Origin: a virus
Taxonomy: Duplodnaviria; Caudoviricetes
Virus record (IMG/VR): IMGVR_UViG_3300017647_000300
Span: 1 to 45,566 of that record
Length of the DNA: 45,566 bases
Reading direction: 5' to 3' (one strand)
A program made the translations under genes and the position numbers. Positions 8,219 to 17,076 of the stretch are shown one piece after another (the stretch's first letter is position 1; each line of letters opens with the position of its first letter). The notes below the pieces were generated by a model. The model ran no database searches and was not told where the DNA came from. It worked only from the letters and a program-made list of their open reading frames with translations.

Positions 8219-8793
8219 AGGCGCGACCTCCCGGCCCAACTCCGCGCGAAGCGTTCGGGGTGGACCTCGCAGATGCGGCGGGCCAGCAGGCGGGTGGCGC
8301 GGCGGATCGCGGCTTCCCGGCTCCGGTCGTTGTCGTGGAGGAAATCGTCGGAGGGGACCGGGAAATGGACACGCGGCGCTTCCGTGGCGGCCTTCACCGC
8401 CGCCGGGCTGATCGGGATGGAGCAGGGGCGCAGGTTCTGCCGGGCGAGGGCATCCGCGAGCTGCTGCCGCTTTTCGGCGGCCTCCTCTGGCGCGGGAATC
8501 TCCATGACATAAAGCGGCGGCACCGCGCGGCCCGCGCCCACAGCGATCCGGGCCGAAGCCGTCAGGGTGATCGGCTCGCCCTGCTGGTGGCGCTTCACAT
8601 TGCCGAGGCGATATTGCCGCGCGAGGGCGGCCAGCAGTTCGGGGCGCGTGGCCGGGAAGCCTTCGGCGAGCCGCGCGAAGGGCAGTGCGCCGCCTGCCTC
8701 GAAGAGTTTCGCCAGCACCATGAAATCGAGCTGGGTTTCGCGCGCCAGCGTCTTGCCCGTCTGGCGGGCGGGGAGGGAGACAGTTTTTGTCAT
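8215..8793 (-). CDS. hypothetical protein
   Basis: MTKTVS start in an ATGA overlap. Confidence 0.6.
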   Translation of the reverse strand: MTKTVSLPARQTGKTLARETQLDFMVLAKLFEAGGALPFARLAEGFPATRPELLAALARQYRLGNVKRHQQGEPITLTASARIAVGAGRAVPPLYVMEIPAPEEAAEKRQQLADALARQNLRPCSIPISPAAVKAATEAPRVHFPVPSDDFLHDNDRSREAAIRRATRLLARRICEVHPERFARSWAGRSRL

Positions 8794-8939
8794 CCGGCGA
8801 TTTCCTTGTCGGGGTGGAGGTCCATGCGCAGGGCGGCGAGCGCCTTGCGCCAATAGGTGCGGGTCATGTGGACGATGACCGCGACGGACAGCGCGCCGAT
8901 GGCGAGCGTGACCGTGAAGGCGAATGCGTGGAGAAGCAT
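8790..8939 (-). CDS. small membrane protein
   Basis: MLLHAFAFTVTLAIGALSVAVIVH TM segment; coupled on both sides. Confidence 0.55.
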   Translation of the reverse strand: MLLHAFAFTVTLAIGALSVAVIVHMTRTYWRKALAALRMDLHPDKEIAG

Positions 8940-9073
8940 CAGCGGGCGCCCCCGGTCATGACGAGGGCGGCGGTGAGCCAGAGGCACAGGCCCAGCAGGA
9001 CCAGCGCCGCCGCCCGGTTCACGGCGCGCAGCGTGCGCGCGATCCGGGTTTCCATGTCGCGATACTCGCTCAT
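8939..9073 (-). CDS. small membrane protein (44 aa); not in the ORF track
   Basis: Own translation MSEYRDMETRIARTLRAVNRAAALVLLGLCLWLTAALVMTGAPR; ATGA and TGATG overlaps. Confidence 0.55.
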   Translation of the reverse strand: MSEYRDMETRIARTLRAVNRAAALVLLGLCLWLTAALVMTGGAR

Positions 9074-9393
9074 GCCCGGCCCTCCGCCTTGGCGATGGCC
9101 GCGCGGGCGCGGTTGGCCTTCTCCTCAAGGTCGGCCCATGCTTCGTCATTGCCACCGTACTGGCGCGTCTCGACCTCGGTATCGATCTCGACGATCAGGT
9201 CTTTAAGGGCGGCGAGCATGTCGGGCGCGGCGGCGACGACATGGGCGACGGCTTCCTCTTTCACCCATGCGATGGCCCGCCCGGCAGAGCCTGCCTTGGT
9301 CGCGGGAGCGGCGACGATGAAACCATTAGGCTGGCCGTCCTCATAATCGCGGCCTGCTTCGACATGCCAGGGGAGGTTGTCGAGATTGCTCAT
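9070..9393 (-). CDS. hypothetical phage protein (AAAPDMLAALK motif)
   Basis: PW...AAAPDMLAALK...ARAAIAKAEG is a common phage early-protein pattern. Confidence 0.75.
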   Translation of the reverse strand: MSNLDNLPWHVEAGRDYEDGQPNGFIVAAPATKAGSAGRAIAWVKEEAVAHVVAAAPDMLAALKDLIVEIDTEVETRQYGGNDEAWADLEEKANRARAAIAKAEGRA

Positions 9394-9731
9394 GCGGCGT
9401 CCTTTCCCGGCAAAATGGCGCGGCGATTGCCGTTTCGGGCGAGGGTGCGGGCGGTTAGGATCGGGCCACAGAGCGGGGTTTCCTCGCCCATGGCCGACGC
9501 AGGAAAGGGGGCGGTATCGCGTGGATAGATATCCGGGCGCAGAAGGTGGCGGGACACGCCGGTCGCGGCCTCGACGCGGAGGACATATTCGGCGGGGAGG
9601 CGCTTGGCGGACTGGAGCCATTTCCAGACGGCGGCTTGCGATACCTCGCATATGCGGGAGATCGCAGATTGCCCGCCTGCGATTTCAACCGCTGATTTCA
9701 GGGCCTCGAAAGGGGTGAGATGTCGTTCCAT
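9390..9731 (-). CDS. cro: Cro-like (YdaS-type) HTH regulator
   Basis: AGGQSAISRICEVSQAAVWKW...VEAATGVSRHLLRPDIY; divergent from cI. Confidence 0.9.
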   Translation of the reverse strand: MERHLTPFEALKSAVEIAGGQSAISRICEVSQAAVWKWLQSAKRLPAEYVLRVEAATGVSRHLLRPDIYPRDTAPFPASAMGEETPLCGPILTARTLARNGNRRAILPGKDAA

Positions 9732-9740
9732 GCGTTCAGC

Positions 9741-9804
9741 TACAACCATTGTTGTGGACGTGTCAACGCATAAAATTACCTATGACGCTAAAACTTTTGT
9801 TGTA
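9741..9804. promoter_or_regulatory. CI/Cro operator region
   Basis: Palindrome ACAAC-CATT-GTTGT (9742-9755), related AAAAC-TTTT-GTTGT (9790-9803), and TTGACA -35 on the minus strand (9761-9766). Confidence 0.7.
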
Positions 9805-9815
9805 ACAAGGTGGCA

Positions 9816-10475
9816 ATGTTGATCCCGGAAAGACTCGTCCAGATGATGGAGAGGCGAGATGTCTCTCAAAGCGCGCTTGCGAGGCGCGTAGGGGTCAGTC
9901 AGCAGACGATCGGGAAGCTGTGCGGTGGCGGCGCGCAGGGTTCCAAGCATCTGCACAGGATTGCGCGGGAATTGGGAACGACCCCGGCCTATCTATCTGG
10001 GGAAACTGATGACCCCGACGAAGGCGCTTTGCCGGTGCCCAGTCCGCAAACGCTTGCCGAACAACTCGATCTGGTCGAGGTGCAGGAAATCGACCTGAAA
10101 TTCGGCATGGGCGCGACGGAACTGGAAATACCGGTCACGTCCACCGTGCGTCATTTCAGCCGCGACTGGCTGCGCCAATATACCCGCGCCGATCCGGACA
10201 AGGTCTATTTCGCCCAGGGCATTGGCGATTCCATGGCGCCGACGATCACGGACAGCGACCTGTTGATCATCGATACATCGGAACAGATGATCCGCATGGC
10301 AGACAAGATCTGGGCTGTCGCCTTTTGCGGGCAGGGCATGGTCAAGCGCCTGCGCCAGACGCGCGACGGTGTCCTGATCCTGTCCGACAACAAGGAAATC
10401 GCGCCGCCGGAAACCGCGCATGATGGGGAGTTGCACATTCTGGGCCGGGTGGTCGGGATTGTACGAAAGATGTAA
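9816..10475 (+). CDS. cI: CI repressor (XRE HTH plus S24 autopeptidase)
   Basis: SQSALARRVGVSQQTIGKL HTH; GDSM serine and VKRL lysine motifs. Start could be the GTG at 9810. Confidence 0.95.
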   Translation: MLIPERLVQMMERRDVSQSALARRVGVSQQTIGKLCGGGAQGSKHLHRIARELGTTPAYLSGETDDPDEGALPVPSPQTLAEQLDLVEVQEIDLKFGMGATELEIPVTSTVRHFSRDWLRQYTRADPDKVYFAQGIGDSMAPTITDSDLLIIDTSEQMIRMADKIWAVAFCGQGMVKRLRQTRDGVLILSDNKEIAPPETAHDGELHILGRVVGIVRKM

Positions 10476-10491
10476 TTTGTGTGGGGGGTAA

Positions 10492-11229
10492 ATGAGCTAT
10501 ATCGAAAAGATCGCAATCGCGGTTAAGGACATGGCTGTGCCGGTCGCGTTGCCCGACTGGTGCAAATTGCTCGTTCCAGATGAAGAAACAGACGAACCCG
10601 TCCTGAAGCGGGATCGCAGCTCAAGCTGGACCGGCTTTATCCAGTACACAAATGAGAAGGGTGAGCGCAGCGCGCGCAGGATCGTGTGTCGCCGGGTCGA
10701 AGGCTATGGCCGCGCCGAAACGATCGGCGCATGGTGCTGTGAAAAGCGGGCGCACAAGCGGTTTCGCATCGACCGGATTTCAGAACTGGTTTGCCTCGAT
10801 ACCGGCGAGATATTGGAGCCGATGGAGCATTTCGAGAGCCTGCGCCTGCGCGGAGCGATCAATGTGGTCGATAAATCCTTGCTCGATCTGGGGCGCATTC
10901 TCGTTTTCATGGCGAAGTGCGACGGGGAATTTCACCCGCTGGAGCAAGGCGCGATCTTCGATACGATGGAGCGCTATGTCCTGCGGTTCGGTGGGGACGA
11001 GCATATGCTCCACCATGCCCTTAAGAATACCGGTCGGATAGCGCCTGACGGCGAGGATTTCATCAATTCGCTGGAGCGGCTGCAACGGCATCCCGAAGCG
11101 CCAAAGTTGGCGCGCCTGATCCTTCAGGGTGTGTCTGAAGTGAATGTCGCGGATGGGGTTTACCATGCGGCGGAGATTGAGTGGTCGGAACTGGTGTCGC
11201 AGGCGCTCAAAGAGATGGCAGTAGCTTAA
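10492..11229 (+). CDS. WYL-like plus TerB-like fusion protein
   Basis: IQYTNEKGERSARRI...AWCCEKRAHKRFRIDRISEL (WYL pattern); MAKCDGEFHPLE and VADGVYHAAE (twin TerB ADG...E motifs). Confidence 0.8.
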   Translation: MSYIEKIAIAVKDMAVPVALPDWCKLLVPDEETDEPVLKRDRSSSWTGFIQYTNEKGERSARRIVCRRVEGYGRAETIGAWCCEKRAHKRFRIDRISELVCLDTGEILEPMEHFESLRLRGAINVVDKSLLDLGRILVFMAKCDGEFHPLEQGAIFDTMERYVLRFGGDEHMLHHALKNTGRIAPDGEDFINSLERLQRHPEAPKLARLILQGVSEVNVADGVYHAAEIEWSELVSQALKEMAVA

Positions 11230-11242
11230 CAAAGGTTTTGAT

Positions 11243-11497
11243 ATGGTTGATTATAGTGTGATGGACAGATGCTTCAAAGTGCCGTCTTGGGATAGTCGCC
11301 ATCCTCATGATATCAGAAGATTTCATGAGTCATTGGCAAAAATTATTCATGAAGATGGTTTTCATCCCGAAGAGATGGGCGGATATATCCACCAATCCCT
11401 TGGCGTTTCACCGACTGACCCTTCATCAGCGATCATCGATAGATATGTAAACGATGCTTGGGCAGTACACGGATATCTGAAAGCGGTTAGCCGCTAA
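11243..11497 (+). CDS. 84-aa hypothetical protein, low GC
   Basis: AAAGG RBS, fills the operon gap, visibly AT-richer than its neighbours. Confidence 0.7.
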   Translation: MVDYSVMDRCFKVPSWDSRHPHDIRRFHESLAKIIHEDGFHPEEMGGYIHQSLGVSPTDPSSAIIDRYVNDAWAVHGYLKAVSR

Positions 11498-11517
11498 ATA
11501 ATCGCAAAGGGGGAGCG

Positions 11518-12039
11518 ATGACTGGACGCGCAAAAATCTATGCGGCGATTGCCGCATTCCTCGTGATTGCCGCAGGGGCGGGCTGGTATTTTGGTTCGCC
11601 CCGCTGGACGCTGCACCAGATGCAGGCGGCAGCACAGGAGAAGGATGCCGACAAGCTGAGCGGCTATATCGATTTTCCCAAGCTGCGGGACTCGTTCAAG
11701 GAACAGGTGAAGGCCAAGATGGCGGCGGAGATCGCCAAGGATAAAGGCGACAATCCGTTCGGCGCGCTGGGCGCCGCCTTGGCCATGGGCATGATCGACG
11801 GCATGGTTGAGGGGCTTATCACGCCTGCCGCAATGCGCGAGGTATTCGCCAACGCCCCGGAGCCGGAACCTGGCGAAGGCAAGATCGGCGTCCGGGTGAA
11901 GAACCTCGATCTCGAACGCACCAGCCTTTCTGAATTTAGGCTGGTCAACCGGGAGGAAAAGGATGGTTCATCGCTTGTGTTCAAGCGAGAGGGCCTCAGC
12001 TGGAAAATGACTGAGATCAGGATGCCGGTTGGCGAGTGA
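11518..12039 (+). CDS. DUF2939-family membrane-anchored protein
   Basis: N-terminal TM helix, then SPRWTL...D...LSGYIDFPKLRDSFKEQ. Confidence 0.8.
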   Translation: MTGRAKIYAAIAAFLVIAAGAGWYFGSPRWTLHQMQAAAQEKDADKLSGYIDFPKLRDSFKEQVKAKMAAEIAKDKGDNPFGALGAALAMGMIDGMVEGLITPAAMREVFANAPEPEPGEGKIGVRVKNLDLERTSLSEFRLVNREEKDGSSLVFKREGLSWKMTEIRMPVGE

Positions 12040-12128
12040 TTTGCCGACGAAAGGCGACCTATCGGCATTACCGGAGGGCTTGCGCTCATTGCAAGATTTG
12101 CGGCGTGCTGACCTGATTCATCAGGGTG

Positions 12129-12296
12129 CTATGGCAGCAACCAGCGCACGATTGAAAGCAGTCCGTCCGCAACCCCGACTAACGACGCCACGAAAAAGGA
12201 GATCGCGAACAGGTAAAAGCCGATCCGGCGGAGCGGGCCGGGAGGCGCGTCCTCTTCTTCATCGGTCGCGCCATACCAGCGCCATTGCCTCGACAT
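12129..12296 (-). CDS. small membrane protein (55 aa); not in the ORF track
   Basis: Own translation MSRQWRWYGATDEEEDAPPGPLRRIGFYLFAISFFVASLVGVADGLLSIVRWLLP; TGATG overlap with the nuclease stop. Confidence 0.6.
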   Translation of the reverse strand: MSRQWRWYGATDEEEDAPPGPLRRIGFYLFAISFFVASLVGVADGLLSIVRWLLP

Positions 12297-12661
12297 CAGC
12301 GCGCGACCTTCGGGCAGGTGCGCGCGATCCGGCGGCCATTATCCCATTGCCGCTTATAGATGGCCTGCCCGCCGGCGAGCTGGGCGCAGGAGAGGTTGAC
12401 GCGGCCCACATGGACTATCGCGATCGTCCGGCCATAGCGATCCTTGCCGACGCGCCGCAGCTTGACCGTCCGCCCGCCGATGGCGCGCGTCAGCGCGGTC
12501 TTGCTGGCGTGGCCGTCGCCCGGCGCGCAGCGGCGTGTGCGCGGGCAGGCGTGCAGCTCCGGCGCGTCGATGCCGAGCAGGCGGACGCGCTCGGCTCCAC
12601 ATCGCAGGGAATCGCCGTCAACAGCCGCGCACGCGAGGCTTGCCAAGATCGCGATTATCAT
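12296..12661 (-). CDS. thermonuclease (SNase family), probably exported
   Basis: VDGDSL, RVRLLGIDAPE and DRYGRT motifs; short hydrophobic N-terminus; six Cys residues. Confidence 0.9.
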   Translation of the reverse strand: MIIAILASLACAAVDGDSLRCGAERVRLLGIDAPELHACPRTRRCAPGDGHASKTALTRAIGGRTVKLRRVGKDRYGRTIAIVHVGRVNLSCAQLAGGQAIYKRQWDNGRRIARTCPKVAR

Positions 12662-12966
12662 GCGGCCTTGGGCCGCGCCGTCAGTTCAACGCCCATCACA
12701 TCCAGCAGCTTCATCATGGTGGTGAGGGTCGGGTTTCCACCCTCGCGCAGCGCGCTGTACAGGCTGGCGCGGCTCAATCCCGCCTTTCGTGCCAGATCGC
12801 TGGCACCACGCGCGCGCGCGAGGATACCGAGCGCGGAGGCCACGACATCGGGATTGCCGCTTTCCAGAGCGTCGGACAGGAAAACCGCCGCATCCTCCGG
12901 GGTTTCGATGAACTCCGCAGGATCAAAGGGCTTGGTGGGTACATTGACCATATTCGATCCTTTCAT
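12658..12966 (-). CDS. addiction-module antitoxin (HigA-like HTH)
   Basis: FDPAEF...ALGILARARG...LARKAGLSRASLYSAL...GNPTLTT. Confidence 0.9.
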   Translation of the reverse strand: MKGSNMVNVPTKPFDPAEFIETPEDAAVFLSDALESGNPDVVASALGILARARGASDLARKAGLSRASLYSALREGGNPTLTTMMKLLDVMGVELTARPKAA

Positions 12967-13247
12967 ATCATTTCCCGCGCCTTGGCGATATCCCGGCTCT
13001 GGCTGGACTTGTCACCACCGGCCAGCAGGATGACAAGCTGGCCGTTCTCAACCGTGAAATAGACGCGATAGCCGGGGCCAAAGGCGATCCGCAGTTCCGA
13101 AAGCCCGCCGCCCAGCGACTTCACGTCACCGAAATTGCCTTCCCTGATCCGCACGATCCGGGCGACAATGATCGTCCGGGCCTTGCGGTCGGCCAGCTTT
13201 CGGAGCCATTTGTCGAAGGTTTCGGTGGTGGCGACTTCGTACTGCAT
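12963..13247 (-). CDS. RelE/HigB-family type II toxin
   Basis: FDKWLRKLAD...GNFGDVKSLGGGLSELRIAFGPGYRVYF...LLAGGDKSSQSRDI. Confidence 0.92.
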   Translation of the reverse strand: MQYEVATTETFDKWLRKLADRKARTIIVARIVRIREGNFGDVKSLGGGLSELRIAFGPGYRVYFTVENGQLVILLAGGDKSSQSRDIAKAREMI

Positions 13248-13295
13248 GCCTATTTTATTAGACATGATTGCATTGATTGTCAATTAAAATAGACA
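13247..13295. promoter_or_regulatory. two 18-bp imperfect palindromes, putative TA operators
   Basis: TGCCTA-N6-TAGACA (13247-13264) and TGTCAA-N6-TAGACA (13278-13295). Confidence 0.65.
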
Positions 13296-13302
13296 AGAAA
13301 TT

Positions 13303-14328
13303 TCAGGAAATCGCCTCCAGCGTCAGGCTGGTCGCGGATCCGCCATCGCCGTCCATGCTGTGGCTGCATTCGGCGATGATCCAGTCATGCGCGACGATTT
13401 CCGGCTTGAAGCCGGTCAGCTTGATCGGCCGTTCCGGGAAGAGGTCCGGGCGGCCATAGGCCAGCTTCAGCGTCATCTTGGCCTTGGTGCGCGCGACCCG
13501 GCTTATTTCCGAGGCCGCCGCCTGTTTCGCGTCCTCCTCATTGGCGTAGACCTTGCGCAGGCGCTTGGCCTTGCCTTCCTTGCCGCCCTCGACCGTCACC
13601 CGCTTGCGCGTGCCGGTCTGCCTGTCGTGCCATGTGGCGGTGACGCTGGACACCTCGTTCTGGTCGATCCGGCTATAGTCGCCGGTGCCGTCCGTTTCGC
13701 TGCGGTCGATCGTTTCGACGGGCAGTTCCTTGCCGGTGGCGGTCTTTCCGCTGCCGATGGGCGCGAAGATCAGCGTTGCCGCCTTGATCGTCGCCACCGC
13801 GTCGAAGCGCTTGCCCAGTGCCTTCAGCAGCGCGGCGTCGCTTTTCGCGCCGGAGCCGAGCGCGGGAATCGTCTTCGCGCCCAGGGTGGCTTCGACATTC
13901 GGAGAAAGGCCATTGTCCGCCGCGATCGCGGAGACGATTTCCTTGACCGTCTTGCCGACGAAAGACCGCTCGCGCCGGACGCGAAAGGCGTCGGTCATAT
14001 CCGCGGATCGCCCGCGCACCGTGATCTGGTCGGGATTTCCACCCTGCCAGTTCGCCTCATCCACCTTGTAGCTGCCCTTGTCGACCAGTCCGGCGGGCAG
14101 GCCGGTGCCCTGATGCCAGCCCATCTCCACCTTCAGCACCGCGCCCTTTTTCGGGATCTCCAGCAGGCCGTCCGCGTCGTTGAGTGTGATATCGAGCTGG
14201 TCGGCCTCGTCCCCGCGCTTTTCGGCAATGGAGAGGGAGAGCAGGCGCGGGGCGAGGGTTTCGGTCAGGTCGCGCCCGTCCAGCGTCACTTTCCACGCGG
14301 CGGTCGGCATTGCCAGCGTGCCGCTCAT
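13303..14328 (-). CDS. P2 gpD-like baseplate hub / late control protein
   Basis: RLLSLSIAEKRGDEADQLDITLND; follows U. Confidence 0.92.
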   Translation of the reverse strand: MSGTLAMPTAAWKVTLDGRDLTETLAPRLLSLSIAEKRGDEADQLDITLNDADGLLEIPKKGAVLKVEMGWHQGTGLPAGLVDKGSYKVDEANWQGGNPDQITVRGRSADMTDAFRVRRERSFVGKTVKEIVSAIAADNGLSPNVEATLGAKTIPALGSGAKSDAALLKALGKRFDAVATIKAATLIFAPIGSGKTATGKELPVETIDRSETDGTGDYSRIDQNEVSSVTATWHDRQTGTRKRVTVEGGKEGKAKRLRKVYANEEDAKQAAASEISRVARTKAKMTLKLAYGRPDLFPERPIKLTGFKPEIVAHDWIIAECSHSMDGDGGSATSLTLEAIS

Positions 14329-14702
14329 GCAGCGCGTTCCAGTGCGAGGCGGAAATCGCTGCGGCGCGGCGCGCCATCGACGAAGAACAGATCCTGATTG
14401 CGCTCAAGCCGCCGGATGAAGAAATCACCCAGCACCTCGCCCACGCCGGACACCAGCGTATAGGCGTCGCCGGTCGCGGCCATGGCGCGAATGGTGTCGA
14501 ACGAGGAATAGGCGCCGATCCCCTCGATCGGATGGAGCGCGCCGGACAGGTCGATGGTTTCCGCGCCCGGCCCCAGAAACTGAAAGGCCGGGCGCGCGCC
14601 GAAGCGATCGGACGAGGCGAAGCGCCATTCCCACGCCTGCTGAAGCTGCTGATAGGGCAGGGTGCCGATTTCGAACGGGAACATGTCGAGCGCCATGAGC
14701 AT
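14325..14702 (-). CDS. P2 gpU-like tail protein
   Basis: MLMALDMFPFEIGTLPYQQLQ...RPAFQFLGPG. Confidence 0.92.
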   Translation of the reverse strand: MLMALDMFPFEIGTLPYQQLQQAWEWRFASSDRFGARPAFQFLGPGAETIDLSGALHPIEGIGAYSSFDTIRAMAATGDAYTLVSGVGEVLGDFFIRRLERNQDLFFVDGAPRRSDFRLALERAA

Positions 14703-14704
14703 GG

Positions 14705-16894
14705 TCAGTCATCCGAATAGGAGGAGCGTTTGGCGGCGGCGGCCATGGATGCGCGCCGCTCGAACTCGGCGGCCACGGCCTTGGCGATATCCTGCGGGGA
14801 TTGGCCGGGCGCGGCCTGCACCGAAATGCTGATCTGTCCGATCTGGATCGAGGCGGCGCCGCCGGTTGCCATCGCGCCGCCGCCGGTCGCAGCCAAGCTG
14901 GCGGTTGCCATGCTCGCCCCGGCCACGCCCGACGCCATGGCCCGCGCCGCCTTGATCGCGCCGCCCGCGCCACGGTCGATCCCGCCCGAAAGCCCTTCGG
15001 TGATGTATCCGCCCATCGCCATCATGAGGCGGGAGGGGGATTTGATGCCGAAGAAATTCTTGAAGGCGGTAATGCCGGAGCGGGCGACATCCAGCAGCCT
15101 GTTCACGAGCAACACAGGGTTGAGCGCATTGACTAGGCCCTGCATCATCTGCCCGCCGATACTGGCAAGCCAGTCTTTCGCGGCGGTCAGTTTGTCCCTG
15201 ATCCATCCGACACCGGCGGTAAAGGCCGCCGAAATCGTATCCCAATGCTTGTAGATCAGATAACCCGCGACGCCCAGCACGGCGACGATTCCAACGATCA
15301 CGGCGACGATGGGATTCGCCATCATCATCAGCCCGGCCTGCATCACGCCGCGCGCCAGCCCCATGACCGCAAAGCGCGTGATGGAAAGGACGGGGCCTAG
15401 CTTGGGAAGCCATTTCAATATCGTCGCCACCGGCGACAAAAGCATGCCGAGGCCGAATTTCAGCGCGCCGACGCCCAGCACCAGCCCGGTGATCGCCGAA
15501 TAGGCTATGACCAGCCCCCTGGCGAGGCCGGGATTTTCTTTCGCCCAGCCCCTCACGCCATTGGCGATCTCGACCACCTTCGCGCTGGCCGCCGTGATCG
15601 TCGGCAGCAGCATTGAACCGAGCGTGATGTTCACCGCCTTCAGCGCGTTGGTTGCCAGCCCCACGGCGCCCTCTGTCGTGGCGATGCGGGCCAGATATTC
15701 CTTGTTCATCGACCCGGCATATTTCGCCTTGTCGCCGACCAGCTCGAAATTGGCCTGCAATTTTTCCAGATTGGTCAGCATCGGTGCGAGGGCGCTCACG
15801 CTCTCGCTACCGAAAAGCTGGGTCAAGGTAGCCGCCTGCTGAGCCTTGGGCAGCTTGCGCAGGCGGCCCATCAGGTCGGTGATCGCGCCGCCCGCGTCCT
15901 TCTGCATCGCCTCGGCGACCTTCTTCGCGTCGAGGCCCAGCGCGGCGAAGGCCTTGGACTGCGCCTTGGTGGCGGCATCGCCCTTGGTCATCGCGAGCAT
16001 CATGTTCTTGATGCCGGTCGCCGCAATTTCCTCCTCGACGCCCACGCTGTTCATGAGCTGCGCCATGGAGGCGATCTGTGGGGCGGCGAGGCCCGCGACC
16101 TTGCCCAGCGAGCCGATGCGGGTGACGACGCCCGCCACCGCGCCGACATTGCCGCCATAGGTATTGGTCAGCGCGTTGATCTGGTCGGAAAGGCCCCGGA
16201 CCTGATCCTGCCCCAGCCCGAAGGCGGTCCGCCATTTGGCCATCATGTTCCCGGCCTCTTCCGCCGTGGTGTCAAAGGCGATGCCCATCTGCGCGGCGTC
16301 GGTGGCGAAGGTCAGCAGCTCCTTGCGCGCGATACCGGCGCGCCCGGCGGCGGCGACGATCTGGGCCAGCCCCTCCGCCGCCATCGGGATCTTCGTGGAC
16401 ATGTCCACGATATCCTCGCCCATTTGCCGGAACTGCTTGGGACTGTCGAAATCGACCACCTTGCGGACGTCCGCCATCGAGCTTTCGAAGGTCATCGCCT
16501 GCTTGGCGGCAACGACGCCGGGCACCGCCATCGCCGCGCCGGTCATGATGGCGCCGGTGCCGGATGCGCGCAGATCCTCGCCGCGCTGGCGGATAGCGCC
16601 CGCCTGCGCGGTGATGCGGTTGAGGCGGCCTTGCCGTTCCATCTGGTCGTTGGCGCGCTCGATGGCGTTCGCCAATTCGCGTTCGCGGTTGACCAGATCG
16701 GTGACGTTACCGGTCGCGCGGGAGAGGTCGCCCTGCACGTTGCGCAGTTCGCGCCCCATGTCCCGCGCGTTCTTTTTCATCGCCGCCAGCTTCTCGCTGC
16801 CGGTCTGCCCCAGCCCGACGATGTTCCTGAGGGCGGGGGAAAGCCGGTCCGAGCTGGCGAAGCTGACCAGCAGGCGCAAATTCTGGCTGCTCAT
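14705..16894 (-). CDS. tail tape measure protein (gpT)
   Basis: FESSMADVRKVVDF core, Ala/Gly-rich, C-terminal GIKSPSR. Confidence 0.95.
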   Translation of the reverse strand: MSSQNLRLLVSFASSDRLSPALRNIVGLGQTGSEKLAAMKKNARDMGRELRNVQGDLSRATGNVTDLVNRERELANAIERANDQMERQGRLNRITAQAGAIRQRGEDLRASGTGAIMTGAAMAVPGVVAAKQAMTFESSMADVRKVVDFDSPKQFRQMGEDIVDMSTKIPMAAEGLAQIVAAAGRAGIARKELLTFATDAAQMGIAFDTTAEEAGNMMAKWRTAFGLGQDQVRGLSDQINALTNTYGGNVGAVAGVVTRIGSLGKVAGLAAPQIASMAQLMNSVGVEEEIAATGIKNMMLAMTKGDAATKAQSKAFAALGLDAKKVAEAMQKDAGGAITDLMGRLRKLPKAQQAATLTQLFGSESVSALAPMLTNLEKLQANFELVGDKAKYAGSMNKEYLARIATTEGAVGLATNALKAVNITLGSMLLPTITAASAKVVEIANGVRGWAKENPGLARGLVIAYSAITGLVLGVGALKFGLGMLLSPVATILKWLPKLGPVLSITRFAVMGLARGVMQAGLMMMANPIVAVIVGIVAVLGVAGYLIYKHWDTISAAFTAGVGWIRDKLTAAKDWLASIGGQMMQGLVNALNPVLLVNRLLDVARSGITAFKNFFGIKSPSRLMMAMGGYITEGLSGGIDRGAGGAIKAARAMASGVAGASMATASLAATGGGAMATGGAASIQIGQISISVQAAPGQSPQDIAKAVAAEFERRASMAAAAKRSSYSDD

Positions 16895-17076
16895 GGCTGT
16901 TTCACCCGGTTCATGGATTTCCAGCGGTCGACGGCGATGGCATGCCAGCGGATCAGCTCATCCAGATCCATCGCCAGCAGTTCGGACGGCGGCCAATGGA
17001 AGATGGCCGCGATGTCGGCGATCAGGCCGTCAACACCTTTTCCATCGCCGCCCGGTCCCCCGCCGTCAGAAAAAAA
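16891..17076 (-). CDS. gpE' extension of the tail assembly chaperone, reached by a -1 frameshift
   Basis: T7 slippery run at 17070-17076; the -1 frame reads ...LIADIAAIFHWPPSELLAMDLDELIRWH... and stops overlapping the T start. Confidence 0.85.
   Translation of the reverse strand, partial: FFSDGGGPGGDGKGVDGLIADIAAIFHWPPSELLAMDLDELIRWHAIAVDRWKSMNRVKQP

Noticed and set aside
12029-13033. 334-aa + strand ORF
   Set aside because: Antisense shadow of the well-supported antitoxin and nuclease genes; no recognisable motifs.
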